This document shows, one piece after another, positions 63,471 to 64,000 of a stretch of DNA of 64,000 nucleotides (position 1 is the first letter of the stretch; the number at the start of each line of letters is the position of its first letter). The stretch spans positions 7,254,001 through 7,318,000 of the forward strand of contig CM035357.1 of the NCBI GenBank assembly GCA_020137815.1, written 5' to 3'. The notes below the pieces were generated by a model. It ran no database searches. It was not told where the DNA came from and saw only the letters and a program-made list of their open reading frames with translations. The stretch comes from Hormiphora californensis. Its lineage: Eukaryota; Animalia; Ctenophora. The translations under genes were made by a program, and so were the position numbers.

Positions 63471-63797
63471 TACAAAGTACATACCTAATTTTGGCGGACA
63501 TAAAATTAACATTTTAAAATGTGGCAACGGAACGGAAAACGTTAAAATCTGGGTGCCTTTCATTGCTAACAATTCGTAGTTTTGGCGCGCGCGACGGGTT
63601 AGGGCTATCCGTTAGGGTCTGGTTAGGGTTTGGTTTGGGGTTATCGGTTAGGGCTATCGATTCTCTAACTGATACCGTTTAGTTTACTCAAATCGGCCAT
63701 GTGGTTCCATGGCTATAGCCGTTTGAAAAAAGTCGGTCCAAGTATACTCTTTTGGTAGCGCGCACCTGTAAACAGGCTGCAAGGCACCCAGATTATA

Positions 63798-64000
63798 AAG
63801 TCGGATTTTTTGAAACTGTCACCCCCCTGAAATAACAAATTTGTCATATCTCCGGTTCCTGATAAGATAGAGACTTGAAATTTGGAGGTTCAGAAGAACT
63901 TAGCAAGATCTTTATAACCTCCAAATTTTAAGTCTCTATCTCATCAGGAACCGGACTTATGGTCATTTAAAGAAATTTGAAAACTCAGGGGGGGTGACAG
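63798..64000. mobile_element. MITE of the AAGTCGGATTTTTTGAAAC family, truncated by the window end
   Basis: Same TIR as 57794; internally palindromic; the right TIR begins GGGGGGGTGACAG at the window edge. Confidence 0.8.

Overview
Gene-dense animal (eukaryotic) genomic DNA with many short GT-AG introns, (GA)n microsatellites and numerous non-autonomous DNA transposons. The style suggests a compact invertebrate genome such as a ctenophore; this is inference. The + strand carries three closely spaced cilia-related genes: the CFAP300 3' end, CFAP20DC and RP2. The - strand carries seven consecutive genes: SLC10A7, an SLC35A nucleotide-sugar transporter, DNAJC25, PARG, an AIG1/ADTRP-family gene, ADAT3 and DDX20. 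Several start codons sit just downstream of a 3'-splice-acceptor-like AG, which hints at SL trans-splicing and operons. A ~19 kb DDX20 intron holds a nested insertion. An element with ~520-bp terminal inverted repeats (TIRs) sits in a (GA)n tract. Inside it is a ~12.5 kb non-LTR retrotransposon bounded by a target-site duplication (TSD), encoding APE-RT-RNase H-CCHC with a (CCAAA)n tail. Its ~7 kb 5' region has no recognisable ORF1 and instead contains ~90 copies of a 44/45-bp repeat. Also present are an L2/CR1-type LINE, a head-to-tail Helitron-like tandem, several foldback/MITE elements and a candidate structured RNA near 63.3 kb. Parts of the window (~12.2-13.7 kb, ~17.2-19.6 kb and the flanks of microsatellites) look like low-accuracy sequence, so frameshifts must be treated cautiously. 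Gene calls rest on my recognition of translated motifs, not on database searches.
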